A stretch of DNA of 64,000 nt from Chrysemys picta bellii (lineage: Eukaryota). The notes under the pieces were generated by a model. That model was not told where the DNA came from and searched no databases. It saw nothing but the letters and a program-made list of their open reading frames with translations. Every line of letters starts with the position of its first letter. Positions within the stretch are counted from its first letter, which is position 1. This document shows positions 38,140-49,516 of this stretch, piece by piece. The translations under genes were made by a program, and so were the position numbers. The stretch lies in NCBI RefSeq assembly GCF_011386835.1, contig NC_088808.1:16306001-16370000 (forward strand). Reading direction: 5' to 3'.

Positions 38140-38607
38140 TAGAGACGTCTGTGGAGGCGTGGGGGAGTCAGCGTGCGTGTGGGGGTACAGGCGTCTCTGG
38201 GTGGACGTAGGGGGCGGGGAGTCAGTGTGGGGGCGTATAGAGGGGTGGAGAGTCAGTGTGGTGTGGAGAGGTCTGTGGGGGTGGATGTAGGGGGGTGGGG
38301 AGTCAGTGTGGGGGGTATAGAGAGGTGGGGAGTCAGTGGGGGGGTATAGAGAGGTCTGTGGAGGTGGACATAGCGGGTGGGGAGTCAGTGTGGGGGGTGT
38401 ATAGAGAGGTGGGGAGTCAGTGTGGGGTAGAGAGGTCTGTGGAGGTGGACGTAGGGGGCGGGGAGTCAGTGTGGGGAGCGTATAGAGAGGTGGGGAGTCA
38501 GTGTGGGGTAGAGAGGTCTGTGGGGGTGGACATAGGGGGGCGGGGAGTCAGTGGGGGGGTATAGAGAGGTGAGGAGTCAGTGAGGGGGTAGAGAGGTCTG
38601 TGGGGGT
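38140..38607. repeat. G-rich minisatellite, 5 units of ~81 bp plus a diverged partial unit
   Basis: Units start at 38201, 38281, 38364, 38445 and 38526 (GTGGA[C/T]...); each holds two GGGGAGTCAGTG-like subunits. Confidence 0.9.
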
Positions 38608-38635
38608 ACCCACGTCACAAAAAACACTACCAGAA

Positions 38636-38860
38636 CAAAAAGAACAGGAGTACTTGTGGCACCTTAGAGACTAACAAATTTATTAGAGCTTTAGCTTTCG
38701 TGGGCTACAGCTAGGGTGACCAGACAGCAAATGTGAAAAATCGGGGTGGGGGTGGGGGGGTAATAGGAGCCTATATAAGAAAAAGACCCAAAAATCAGGA
38801 CTGTCCCTATAAAATCGGGACATCTGGTCACCCTAGCTACAGCCCACTTCTTCGGATGCA
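38636..38860 (-). mobile_element. Penelope-like terminal fragment (copy C) interrupted by a MITE
   Basis: CAAAAAGAACAGGAGTACTTGTGGCACCTTAGAGACTAAC... is shared with copy B; removing the MITE restores minus-strand GCAU-CCGAAGA-A-GUGGGC UGUA GCCCAC-GAAA. Confidence 0.78.
38712..38835. mobile_element. hAT MITE (TAGGGTGACCAGA family)
   Basis: TIRs TAGGGTGACCAGA / TCTGGTCACCCTA; perfect 8-bp TSD GCTACAGC at 38704-38711 and 38836-38843. Confidence 0.9.
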
Positions 38861-39126
38861 GACACAATTGATGAAAGTCTCCGCAGAAAATTCAAGGACA
38901 GAATGAGTACTGGGGTTGATCTATCCTCGGATTCCTAGATGGGGACCCTGGAGGTCACTTTTCAGGCACATATATGAAGTAGACAATTCTGCACTGTAAC
39001 TGCCAATTCTTTATCCATTTTGTGGATTAGGACAGAACTTCATGCCCAGTGCTGGCTGTCTGATATCTTTCACAAGCTCTAAATTCACTTTAGAGAGAAT
39101 GGAAAAAAGTTATCATAAAGCAAATA

Positions 39127-39325
39127 CACCTCTACCTCAATATAATGCTGTCCTCGGAAGCCAAAAAATCTTACCGCGTTATAGGTGAAACCGCGTTATA
39201 TTGAACTTGCTTTGATCTGCCAGAGTGCGCAGTCTCCTCCTCCCCCCCCCCCCCCAGAGCGCTGCTTTACCGCGTTATATCCGAATTCGTGTTATATCGG
39301 GCTGCGTTATATCAGGGTAGAGGTG
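39127..39325. mobile_element. Tc1/mariner-pogo-type MITE
   Basis: TA|CACCTCTACC ... GGTAGAGGTG|TA with internal CGCGTTATA repeats. Confidence 0.8.
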
Positions 39326-39481
39326 TAGTGATCCAAATTGGAATCCTGCACAGCTTGACAGGACAGGCTGCAGAGGTAAGGATGGAGAGTATAAAATGAA
39401 GATGAATCTATGCACAACGAGGCAGGACTGTACAGAGCAGGAAATATCAACCCAAAGTATAGCATGCACCACAGCTACTAA

Positions 39482-40100
39482 GGCTATGTCTACACTTAAA
39501 CTGCTAGAGTTACACAGCTGCAGTGCTGCAGCTGCACCATGTAGCACTTTCGTATAGACCAGGGGTCGGCAACCTTTCAGAAGTGGTGTGCCGAGTCTTC
39601 ATTTATTCACTCTAATTTAAGGTTTCGCGTGCCAGTAATACATTTTAGAAGGTCTCTTTCTAGAAGTCTATAATACATAACTAAACTATTGTTGTATGTA
39701 AAGTAAATAAGGTTTTTAAAATGCTTAAGAAGCTTAATTTAAAATTAAATTAAAATGCAGAGCCCCCGGACCGGTGGCCCGGACCGGTGGCCAGGACCTC
39801 GGCAGTGTGAGTGCCACTGAAAATCAGCTTGCGTGCCGCCTTCAGCACACATACCATAGGTTGCCTACCCCGGTATAGACACACCCTCCAGCAACAGCAG
39901 GGTTCTTCCATACTGTTGTTAATTCACCTCCAAGAGGAAGTAGCTACATCGATGTAAGAATTCTTCTGTCAACATAGTGCTGTCTAGCACTGTCTATACC
40001 AGGACTTAGGTTGGCTTAACTATGTCGCAAAGGGTGTGGATTTTTCACACCCCTGAGCGATGTAGCTGGGTCAACCTAACTTTTGAGTGTAGATCTGGCC
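39482..40100. mobile_element. Harbinger-type MITE hosting a hAT MITE
   Basis: TAA|GGCTATGTCTACACT ... AGTGTAGATCTGGCC|TAA. Confidence 0.75.
39560..39872. mobile_element. hAT (Charlie-like) MITE
   Basis: TIRs CAGGGGTCGGCAACCT / AGGTTGCCTACCCCG; perfect TSD GTATAGAC. Confidence 0.88.
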
Positions 40101-40294
40101 TAAGAATTGAGAGGCATGGATAGAGATTTGTTCTGATTAATCTGGAACCCCAAAGGATGCTTTTAGAGTGGTCCCAGAAGTGAAATAAAGAGAGACTTGT
40201 TAGGGAAGAGAAAAAGCTAGATAATTAGAAAGAGATTTTCCATAATAATACAAAGAAGTTTTGTTGGTGGGGAGGTGGGCAGGGCAATCAACTA

Positions 40295-40712
40295 CAGTAG
40301 AACCTGAGTTATGAACACCTCAGGAATGGAGGTTGTTCATAACTCTGAAATGTTTGTAACTGAACAAAACATTATGGTTGTTCTTTCAAAAGTTTACAAC
40401 TGAACATTGACTTAATACAGCTTTGAAACTTTACTATGCAGAAGAAAAATTCTGCTTTTAACCATCTTAATTTAAATGAAACAAGCACAGAAAGTTTCCT
40501 TACCTTGTCAAATCTTTTTTAAACTTCCCCTTTATTCTTTTAGTAGTTTACATGTAACACAGTACTGTACTGTATTTGGGTTTTTACTGTTTTTTTTTGT
40601 TTTTGTTTTTAGTCTCTGCTGTTGCCTGACTGTATACTTCCGGTTCCAAATGAGGTGTGTGGTTGACTGGTCAGTTCATAACTCTGCTGTTCATAACTCT
40701 GAGGTTCTGCTG
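40295..40712. mobile_element. Tigger/pogo-type MITE
   Basis: TA|CAGTAGAACCT ... AGGTTCTGCTG|TA. Confidence 0.8.
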
Positions 40713-41769
40713 TACAGATATTGAGACTGATCCTACCAGCTGCTGAGCATCTCTTGTAAAGTTCTGAGTCAGTGCTCAGCTCTTCACAAGCAGTCCTTGT
40801 CACCTGATAGGACAGGATACATTATTTGGAATGAATGACAGTACTAGAATTCTAACATTACTATTGAATCATCAAGTGTTAATTGTCTACCTGTAAACCA
40901 AATGTATTCCTGTGTAACTAAATCTGTGTATTCAAAGCCTCATGGATCCTGTGGCAAGCTGGGCCTGTATTCTTTGGCAAGGTCACCAGGTTTCTTCACA
41001 CGCCATTATTGTATTTGATGGCAGCTTGGAAATTCTACAGCAGCTTCAGGTAAATGTAACAGATTGAAGTTTATGCTGAATTAAGTGTGAGGCTGAGTAA
41101 TACAATCAGCATATAATTCCTCCTATTTTTTATTTTGATATTAAATTATTTTACACTGCCCCAAAAATTTCAGTCTTCAGTTTGCCACACATTTTTGTGC
41201 TGACAGATTTATAGAAATAATAATAGTAATACCTAAAACAGTCAAGGGATAAGATGGTAGTTTTCTCGACTCAGTAAGGGGCAGTTGGGACTTTGGGCAC
41301 TGAGGAAGTATAGTAGACTGTTTGGTTTTTCGGCACCTAGCGAGGATATTAACAATGGATCTCTTCTTTCCCTTCCCTTTTTGGGCAAGGTTGGAATTAT
41401 CAAGAAATTTTCTGGAATGTGGGGAAGGTCTGAATTTCTGATTCAATACTCTTGTTTCTTAGCTATCACCTGCCCCAAAATATCTCACTTCATCCAACTA
41501 TGATGGATATGTATATTATCTAGATACATCCACTAAAATGATAAGTGGAGAAATAGTCAACAGTGTTGAAAATGAAATAGTCACATTGGGCTTCAGAGTT
41601 AAACATTCCTATTTAAATGAATAGGGGCAGGTTAACTACTGTTTCAGGCTGTCTGCAAACTCAGAAAAACAACACTGTATTGGTTTACATTTGGTTCCCA
41701 TTTGGAATTATTTCTCCCAATCATAAGGGCTGGAAACTTTTTTTCTAATGAAGTCCTCATGTCTGCTTC

Positions 41770-42655
41770 ACATTTAGATCATGAATGATTTAGATAATGG
41801 CATAGAGAGCACACTTATAAAGTTTGTGGATGATACAAGCTGGGAGGGGTTGCATGTGCTTTGGAGGATAGGATTAAAATTCAAAATTATCTGGACAAAC
41901 CGGAGAAATGGTCTGAAGTAAACAGGATGAAATTCAATAAGGACAAATGCAAAGTACTCCGCTTAACAAGGAACAATCAATTGCACACATACAAAATGGG
42001 AAATGCGGAAAGGGATCTGGGGGTCAGAGTGGATCATAAGCAAAATATGAGTCAACAGTATAACACTGTTACAAAAAAAGCGAACATCATTCTGGGATGT
42101 ATTAGCAGGAGTGTTGTAAGCAAGACACGAGAAGTAATTCTTCCGCTCTACTCCGCGCTGATTAGGTCTCAACTGGAGTATTGTGTCCAGTTCTGAGCAC
42201 CACGTTTCAGGAAAGGTGTGGACAAATTGGAGAAAGTCCAAAGAAGAGCAACAAAAATGATTAAAGGTCTAGAAAACATGACCTATGAGGGAAGATTGGG
42301 TTTGTTTAGTCTGGAGAAGAGAAGACAGAGAGGGGACATAATAACAGTTTTCAAGTACAGAAAAGGTTGTTACAAGGAGGAGGGGAAAATTGTTCTCCTT
42401 AACCTCTGAGGATAGGACAAGAAGCAATGGGCTTACATTGCAGCAAGGGAGGTTTAGTTCGGACATTAGGAAAAACTTCCTAACTGTCAGGGTGGTTACG
42501 CACTGGAATAAATTGCCTAGGGAGGTTGGGGAATCTCCATCATTGGAGATTTTTAAGAGTAGGTTAGACAAACACCTGTCAGGGATGGCCTAAAAAATAT
42601 TTAGTCCTGCCATGAGTGCAGGGGACTCAAGGTCCCTTCCAGTTTTATGATTCTA
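41770..42655 (+). mobile_element. 5'-truncated CR1 LINE (RT C-terminus and 3' UTR)
   Basis: DLDNGIESTLIKFVDDT, then ORF 41861-42196 (WSEVNRMKFNKDKCKVL...LYSALIRSQLEYCVQF) and [14 protein letters not shown]; 3' end GGTCCCTTCCAGTTTTATGATTCT; frameshifted. Confidence 0.92.
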
Positions 42656-43896
42656 GGATTTCTGTGGCAGACAGTACAGTTTGAGACAAACTCTGCAGTT
42701 GCAGTCATGGGATACATGGATCCCTGACTATATTTTGTCTTAAAAAACACTGTACTGCATTCAAGCCTGCATTTATTACTCATTGAGTCCTACTGAAGTC
42801 AACAGGACTTTTTCTTGAGGAAGAATTGTAGGATTGATCCCATTAACTAATTCTTCTTCACAACATCCTAGATAAATATTATACATTTTACAGCTGGGGG
42901 AAACTGAGACTTCAGTACACTACAACATTTAATCACGTTTGTAATTAGTTAGTGATATGGTTGGGTTTAAATGTGGTTTGTATTGTCACTCAGCATGATT
43001 AATACATTATGACAGACAGCATGTTTCACTGTTCATAGTGGTCGATTTTTGGTGTAAGGTTGTTTTCCTATAACCAGCTTGTCACACTTTCTGCAGTATA
43101 GACAGGACCCCTAACCATGCTTGTGTAATGGGTTTGGCTGGTTCTCCTACCTCTCAGCTTTTTGTGTGGTAGGATATCCCAGAGTGTATTGCCCCTTTTT
43201 ATGCTGGTGCTTGTACTCCAGGTACTATCTCTTGCTGAGGTACTATGGAATACCTGCCCAGATTTTCCCAGAATGCACTGATACAACCATGGTTACATAA
43301 TATAGACATGGACATGCACACTTGGCTGTCACATGGTTGTCTTATGAAAATAGCTGCTGTGTAGATACAACTCTACCGTGTTTGTTAAAAATGAGTCAGA
43401 TAAGAGTGTCACAAACTAGATACAAAAGCTCAGTTGTACTTGTAATGTAGACTGGTTAGACTCAGTGAGGTTAAGTGACATGCTGTCAGCATGTCAGTGG
43501 CAGAGCTGGAATCAGAATGTGTACTAAAAAGTTCTGTCTCTATGAAAAGAAATTTACAGTTAAAAATAACCAATATAAAAAGGTTGTGGAGAGAAGCGTG
43601 ATGAAAAAAAGCAATATTAGGAAGGAGAAAATTAAGTATTGGATGGCAAAACTTGGTAATATACTCCATTGTACTAAGCAGATTGTGCAACCATAATGAA
43701 TTAGCTTAGATCCTCAAAAGCTCTATTATTTTCTTATAAATGCTTACTTGGCTTCACTTGGAATACTCACGGTAATAAGCACCGTGTTTAAGTATTTGCA
43801 AGTTCAGGCCCATAGCTAGTAACAAAGAGCATGATTGGCTGATGTGAACTGAATACCAAGTTCTCTAGCTATCTATCTGAGTGTCTCTTTCCAACA

Positions 43897-44460
43897 CAGG
43901 GGATGTCTACACTTCAAGCAGAGGGTGCGATTCCCAGCTCAAGGAGACATACTCATTGAGCTAACGCACTAAAAATAGAGTATAGCCATACTAGGTAGAC
44001 ACTCGGGCTAGCTAGCCCTTTCTGCCACTCATGCGGCTGTGACTAAACTATTTCAGAGATAGCACAAGTATGTCTCCTTAAGCTGGAAATCACACCTCTA
44101 GTTAGAAGTGTTGACATGTCCACAGTTTACTCAAGTGTGCCAACTTGAGCTAGCCTAGCTGAAGTGAGAGCTTCCACACTTTGAAACAAAACTTGAGTTA
44201 TGCAGAGTGATATGATGAGCAGCACAAAGGCATTGGATTAGCAGAGGGATTGGATTGGCTGCTGATGAGTTGTAACTCGAGTTGTTATATCCCCACTGCA
44301 TTACAAAGCTTGAGTGCTGCAGAAGCTCAAACTAAAGTTCCCCATCTCCACACCACGATGGACCAATTAGCTCTATCTTAAAGCAGCACTCAATTCAAAC
44401 TAGAGATTTTTGTGTGTGAGTCATAACTCAATCTAAATGTGCTGTGAAGACACACCCTAA
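43897..44460. mobile_element. Harbinger-type MITE cluster
   Basis: GGGGATGTCTACACT start, GTTGACATGTCC near 44120 and GTGAAGACACACCC near 44455. Confidence 0.5.
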
Positions 44461-44694
44461 ATGACTTGCCCAAGGTATGAAAAGAAGTCTGTGGTGGAAA
44501 GGATGTTGGCCCTGAATCTCCTGAGTCCTCTGGCTGACCTGACCACTTGATCATACTTCCTTCTTATCAATCCTCAATCATTTAAATTGTCACTGGTATT
44601 TGTTCAGCACCATCAGTGAGCTTGGTGCTATATAATACACAAACCTAAAAATAATCCCAGTCCTCAAAGGGCTACCACAACTGATGGCTCTTCA

Positions 44695-45000
44695 TTTTCC
44701 CGTGTGGAACAGCTAGGAGGTGTTAGTCAGTTTCCAATGAAGAAATGTCCATGTCACAAAATCTCCCATCCTATACCTATTTGGCATCCTTGTGCTCTGC
44801 AGAATGGCCGAGGATTGAACAGGCTACCTATGGAAATTGAACTGCCTTTTGCCCCCTGAAGTTGGCCCCTTTGAGGTCAGGTTTAAGGCAGTATGGGGAA
44901 ACCTGCTGCGGCCATTTCTCCACAGAACATAGAGGATTTCAGTCTCCAGGGCTGCCAACTTCGCACCTTACACCAGCACTGAATTCACATGAAAATTTAA
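44695..45000 (+). mobile_element. LF-SINE (3' portion)
   Basis: TGTCCATGTCACAAAA...TTGGCATCCTTG...GGCCGAGGATTGAA...GAGGATTTCAGTCTCCAGGGCTGCCAA...GCACTGAATTCAC follows the LF-SINE body as I recall it. Confidence 0.7.
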
Positions 45001-45878
45001 AACAATATGCAAAAATAATCTGTACCCAGTCAAACTAGATGTGTTATTTTATGCATTTAATATTCTGTTCCAAAAATATATCAAATTTTACTTGCAAAAA
45101 TAAAAGGCTGCTGTTTTATTCCATACACAATCTGAGAGCAATACGCTCAGCTGCTTTTTTTTCCCTACTCAAAGATCAAGTGCAGAAGCTGGTAGAACAC
45201 TGAACGGGGAGAATATCTCATTATTTAAAAGCTAAATAACTGCTTAAAATTAGATCTGTGAAGGCATCAAAAAATACCAGAATTCACAGATGGTTTGTAG
45301 ATAAATTCATACTGTATTCAGTCCACTCAACATCTAAAAAAAAAAAAGCTTTCTCCTCTCTTTCTGTTCAGTCTGAATGCTGATGTCTTCTCAAAACATA
45401 TGTGCTTCTTTCTTTAAATTGAGCTCTGAGTCATGGGCTGTTACATGCACTATTACATTCAAACAGCCGTCTCTTTGAAAATTTGCACCAATATATTTAT
45501 TTTTAAAATATGTAAAATACATATTTAAATTTTGCATGTATTTTTGCATATTTCAAATGGACAGCGATCGGGAGCAGGTTAAATATAGTGGGAATAATGT
45601 AGACAAGCAGAGCTACAACAGGCAGGGGAATGAGACAGAATGATCCAATTGTTTCTTCATGGCTCAATCACTCATCCTGATCCTGCAGTTCTCATGCAAG
45701 CAGAATTCCCGTTGAATTTACTAGGAGTTTTGTCAGAGGGCTACAGGGTTAGGCTCTTTGATGCGTTTCTGTGATCTTCCTATGTTCAGTATGCACTGTG
45801 GTTAAACTAAGGTTTCCTCCTGGATTCTGTCATATTATTTTAAATCTTACTGTATTGCAGTACATCAGACTGTTGTGT

Positions 45879-46087
45879 CTAGGGTTACCATACGTCCTCT
45901 TTTTCCCGGACATGTCCGGCTTTTCGGCACTCAAACCCCCGTCCGGGGGGAATTGCCAAAAAGCCGAACATGTCCGGGAAAATGGCGGCTCTGCTCCTCC
46001 CCTGACTCTTCGGCTCTGTTTAAGAGCCGAGCTGCCCGAGCGCTACCGGCTTCGGGCAGCCCCCTTGCCTCCGGACCCCAGCCGCCG
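45879..46087 (+). mobile_element. truncated hAT MITE (TAGGGTTACCA family)
   Basis: TAGGGTTACCATACGTCC with CCGGACATGTCCGG subterminal repeats; CpG-rich; second end absent. Confidence 0.6.
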
Positions 46088-47244
46088 TTATGTTGATTTG
46101 GTTATTCCTCCACCCTGTGTCAATAGTTACTCTGGCTCTCTGTATTTAACTTTCCCCATCTGTGTTTTTTTTTTTTTTTAATAGCCATCTTTCAGGGGTG
46201 GTTTAGGCTTCAATAATTAACAAGTGTCTATAGTTTGAGGTCCTGGAATGGCAAGGACTATGCAAGAGCAAGGTTTTATTATTCTTTACACCATAGCCTT
46301 CCTTGTATGCACATTTCAGTTAAGGCCTCTTTTTTAATCCAGGCTTTTCTGTCTGTTTTAAAAGTGTGATTCCAACAGTAAAAATGAAGTCAATAAAATC
46401 TGTTTATGGGTGAAAATAGCTACAAAAATTGGGGATTCCCAGATTACACTATCAATTTTGAATCATCATAAATTTTCTAACAGTTGCACAGGTCAGATTT
46501 TTTCAACTGTTTCAGACTCATCAATTCATCAAGGAGGACAGCCTGGATGAGTTTAAACATCAATTTAGCATAGAAAAATCTTCCAGACAACAGATATAAT
46601 AAATAGAGGCTCAGTGGGAAATTCAGAGTCTACTTCACTCTGGCCCCGATTCAGGAAAACATCCCTAGTCAGGAAAGCATCTAAGCACGTATTTAATGTT
46701 AAGCACACACACCCCTTAAGTGGGTTCTTGAATTGGGTCCTCTTTCAAGCATTCCTTTCTCTTTCCTGACACAGGTCTACATAAATGTGTGACTGTAATT
46801 AAAGGTAAACTCCAGTGTAATATAAAAGATATTCTACTCTCTAGGCATGATTGTAAGGAATAATTAAATGAGTTGTAAATATTCATAATGAAAAATATAA
46901 CTCTCAATCAAGCTGCCATCTTGTAGAACTGAATCTGCCTTGCAGAAAGTTTCAAATTTGTTGTAAGACAAGTTCTGTAATTTCTATGAAACAATTTTGT
47001 TTCAGTTGAATTGCGCTTAACGCAATTGTTAGATTAACCTTGAATTAATTTATGACTGCTTTTCAAGTCTCTAATTTCCATTGCTTTCCTGTAGGGAAAT
47101 TGAATCCTTCAATTCAACTGTGCATCAAGCAGCCGAAGCTTGTTGGGAAGCATAATTAAAATTGTATCCCTCACTGTGAAATTCACCCCACTGAAGAGGG
47201 CCTGTACGAGGCTCTCTGCACCACTTAAACCCATGCAGAGGGCC

Positions 47245-47378
47245 CAGTGCTTAATTTTCCCTGGTATCTCTAGGGTTGGCTATTCATAGCCTCGGCACCT
47301 CTGGACTTGCCGCATCAGTTACGAAAGTAAAATAATTCCTTGAGCCCTGGCACCTCTTTTATTACAAATTAAGCACTG
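47245..47378. mobile_element. hAT MITE nested in a palindromic MITE
   Basis: TIRs CAGTGCTTAATTT / AAATTAAGCACTG; TSD AGAGGGCC / AGATGGCC. Confidence 0.8.
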
Positions 47379-47789
47379 AGATGGCCAACTGGGACCTAAA
47401 ATGGTGCATAGGGCCTGGTGTGTGCTCTCTGTACCATGGTGAAATTTCACCCTTCGAGAAATAGTTGCCTGTTCACTTAATAGAGATTCTGAAACAGTAA
47501 CAGGTATTTTTAAATCCTCCTTGTTTAGTATATAAGGGACAGCTCTGTACCTGCCTGATCCATCTGGAGGAGGTTCAAGTCAATTCCATGCTATTCATTT
47601 TCTTATACCACCCTCATCACCATAATGTCTGACCGCCTTACAAAAGGACATTAAATTGACATGATTAACATTTGCAGAGTGTGATTTGTTTTTTTTCCCT
47701 TTCAGCCTCTCCTCAGGGGAAAATTGAGTGTGCAGTATAGTATGTTTTGATAGGGTTGGTTTTTTTTAAAAATATGAATACATTATTAT

Positions 47790-49516
47790 GTGCTTATATT
47801 AAAGAAGGCAAGGTCTTTCACAGGTTGGAATACCCATCAGTAGACCTATTTGCCTCAGACCAGAACAAGAAATGCTAAGTGTTCTGCTTCAAAGGGGGCT
47901 CCAGTCTACATACCCTGTCAGATGCCTTTCTAATTTTCTGGATGTAAAGACTAATGTATGCCTTCCTCTTGATCCCTATGATACTGAAGAAACTGAAGCA
48001 AGATGCTGGATTGATGATCATGATCGCCCCAGCAGTCCTGGTACTCAAATCTGGTGAACTTCTCAATTCAGCCGCTGGCCACTTCCCCTGCTCTGCCAAA
48101 CAATCTTGCAAAATAACTGTAAAATATTACACAGGGACCTGGCATTATTACATCTGACAGTTTGGATGTTGTCTGGCTGATGCTGACTGAAACACCTTGT
48201 TCAGCTGATGTTCATAACATTCTCCTCCAAAGCAGGAAACCCTCAGGTAGCCTGACGTATAAAGCTAAGTTGAAGACGTTTTCTATTTGGGAATCTCAGG
48301 ACCATTTGTCTCTTTAGACAGCACCCATTTCAGCAATACTGGACTATTTACTAGCCCTGAAACAATCTGGACTCTGCATTAGTTTTATAAGGGTCCATCT
48401 AGGAGCCATATTTGCAGATCACCCTTCTATCCAGGGCCATAGAGTATTTTTTCACCCTACCGTGGCTAGATTCTGTAAGGGCCTTATTGATGTTTGTCCC
48501 CTGGTTCAGGATCCCCCTCCTTTGCACCTCAGTATAGTAACAGATTTGATGAGTCCCACCTTTGAGTCCTGAGCACCCTGTTCCCTATCAGTGAAGATTG
48601 CTTTTTTAGAAGCCATTACATCAGTTGGAAGGGTAGGAGAGATTCAAGCCCTCATAGTGGGTCTCCCTTACACAGGGTTTCATAAGAACAGGGTCACATT
48701 CTGGCCTCATTCATATGAGCTAATTTACTCATCTCCCAATTTTCTTCCCTTGGCATCTACCTTCCCAGAACAAAATCATTCAGGAGCACATGTGGATTGT
48801 TCATGGGCTTTGATGGTAGGGTTAAGGATCAGGCAGTATGCTCACAGAGATTATCAAAATGGATCTCCAACTGTATAAGAACATGTTATAAGCTAGCCAA
48901 GTTAGATCCACCTAGCCACTTCAGATCTCATCCCACTAGGGTCTCAAACAGCCTCTCCTGACTGTTTGAAGAACAACCTTATTTCTGAAATTTGTAGGGC
49001 AGCTACATGGAACTTGGTCAGCACATTTACAAGGCACTATTCTTTGGTAGAGGCTTCCAGACTGGATGCTCATTTTGGTAGGACTGTCCTGCAGTCAGTG
49101 TTTAAGCAGGAAACCTAGAACCCACTTCCAGGTAAACAACAGACAGCTGCCTGTTAGTCACCAAGAGTAGAATCTATGTGGACAATCACTCAGAGAAGAA
49201 AGAAAAGTTACTGATTTTACAGTAACTGGTTCTTCAAGTGTGTTGTCCACATGGATTCCATAACCCACCTTCCTCCCTCACAACTATGGAGTCCTAGTCC
49301 TTTAGGATTCTATATTGGTGAAAGAACTGAGGGACGATTGGGCCCACTCCACTCTTTATGCCTTCAGGTCAGGGTGGGGGTGTATGTGTGAGGACTTCTA
49401 GGCTGCAGGTGTAGCCCAATAGACACTGCTTGCCAAAAAGATATTGTGAACAAGTATGAAATATATGTAGACAACACATCTCGAAGAACAGTTAGTGAGG
49501 TCAGTAACCATTTTTT
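47790..49516 (+). mobile_element. degenerate DIRS-type tyrosine-recombinase retrotransposon (3' part)
   Basis: Methyltransferase-like block PSVDLFASDQNKKC...MYAF..IPMILKKLKQD..MIMIAP; recombinase blocks KIAFLEAITSVGRVGEIQAL and SHPTR...ISEICRAATWNLVSTFTRHY; internal complementary region 49207-49254 inverted relative to terminal 49463-49509. Confidence 0.85.

Larger units (their letters stand above)
37480..38220. promoter_or_regulatory. CpG island / MED27 promoter
   Basis: Abrupt GC- and CpG-rich block spanning exon 1 in an otherwise AT-rich, CpG-poor window. Confidence 0.85.

Noticed and set aside
38048-38564. Repetitive Gly/Val-rich ORFs upstream of MED27
   Set aside because: Translations of the promoter minisatellite.
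38140-38607. CRISPR-like array
   Set aside because: The units are tandem near-copies without unique spacers, the host is eukaryotic, and there are no cas genes.
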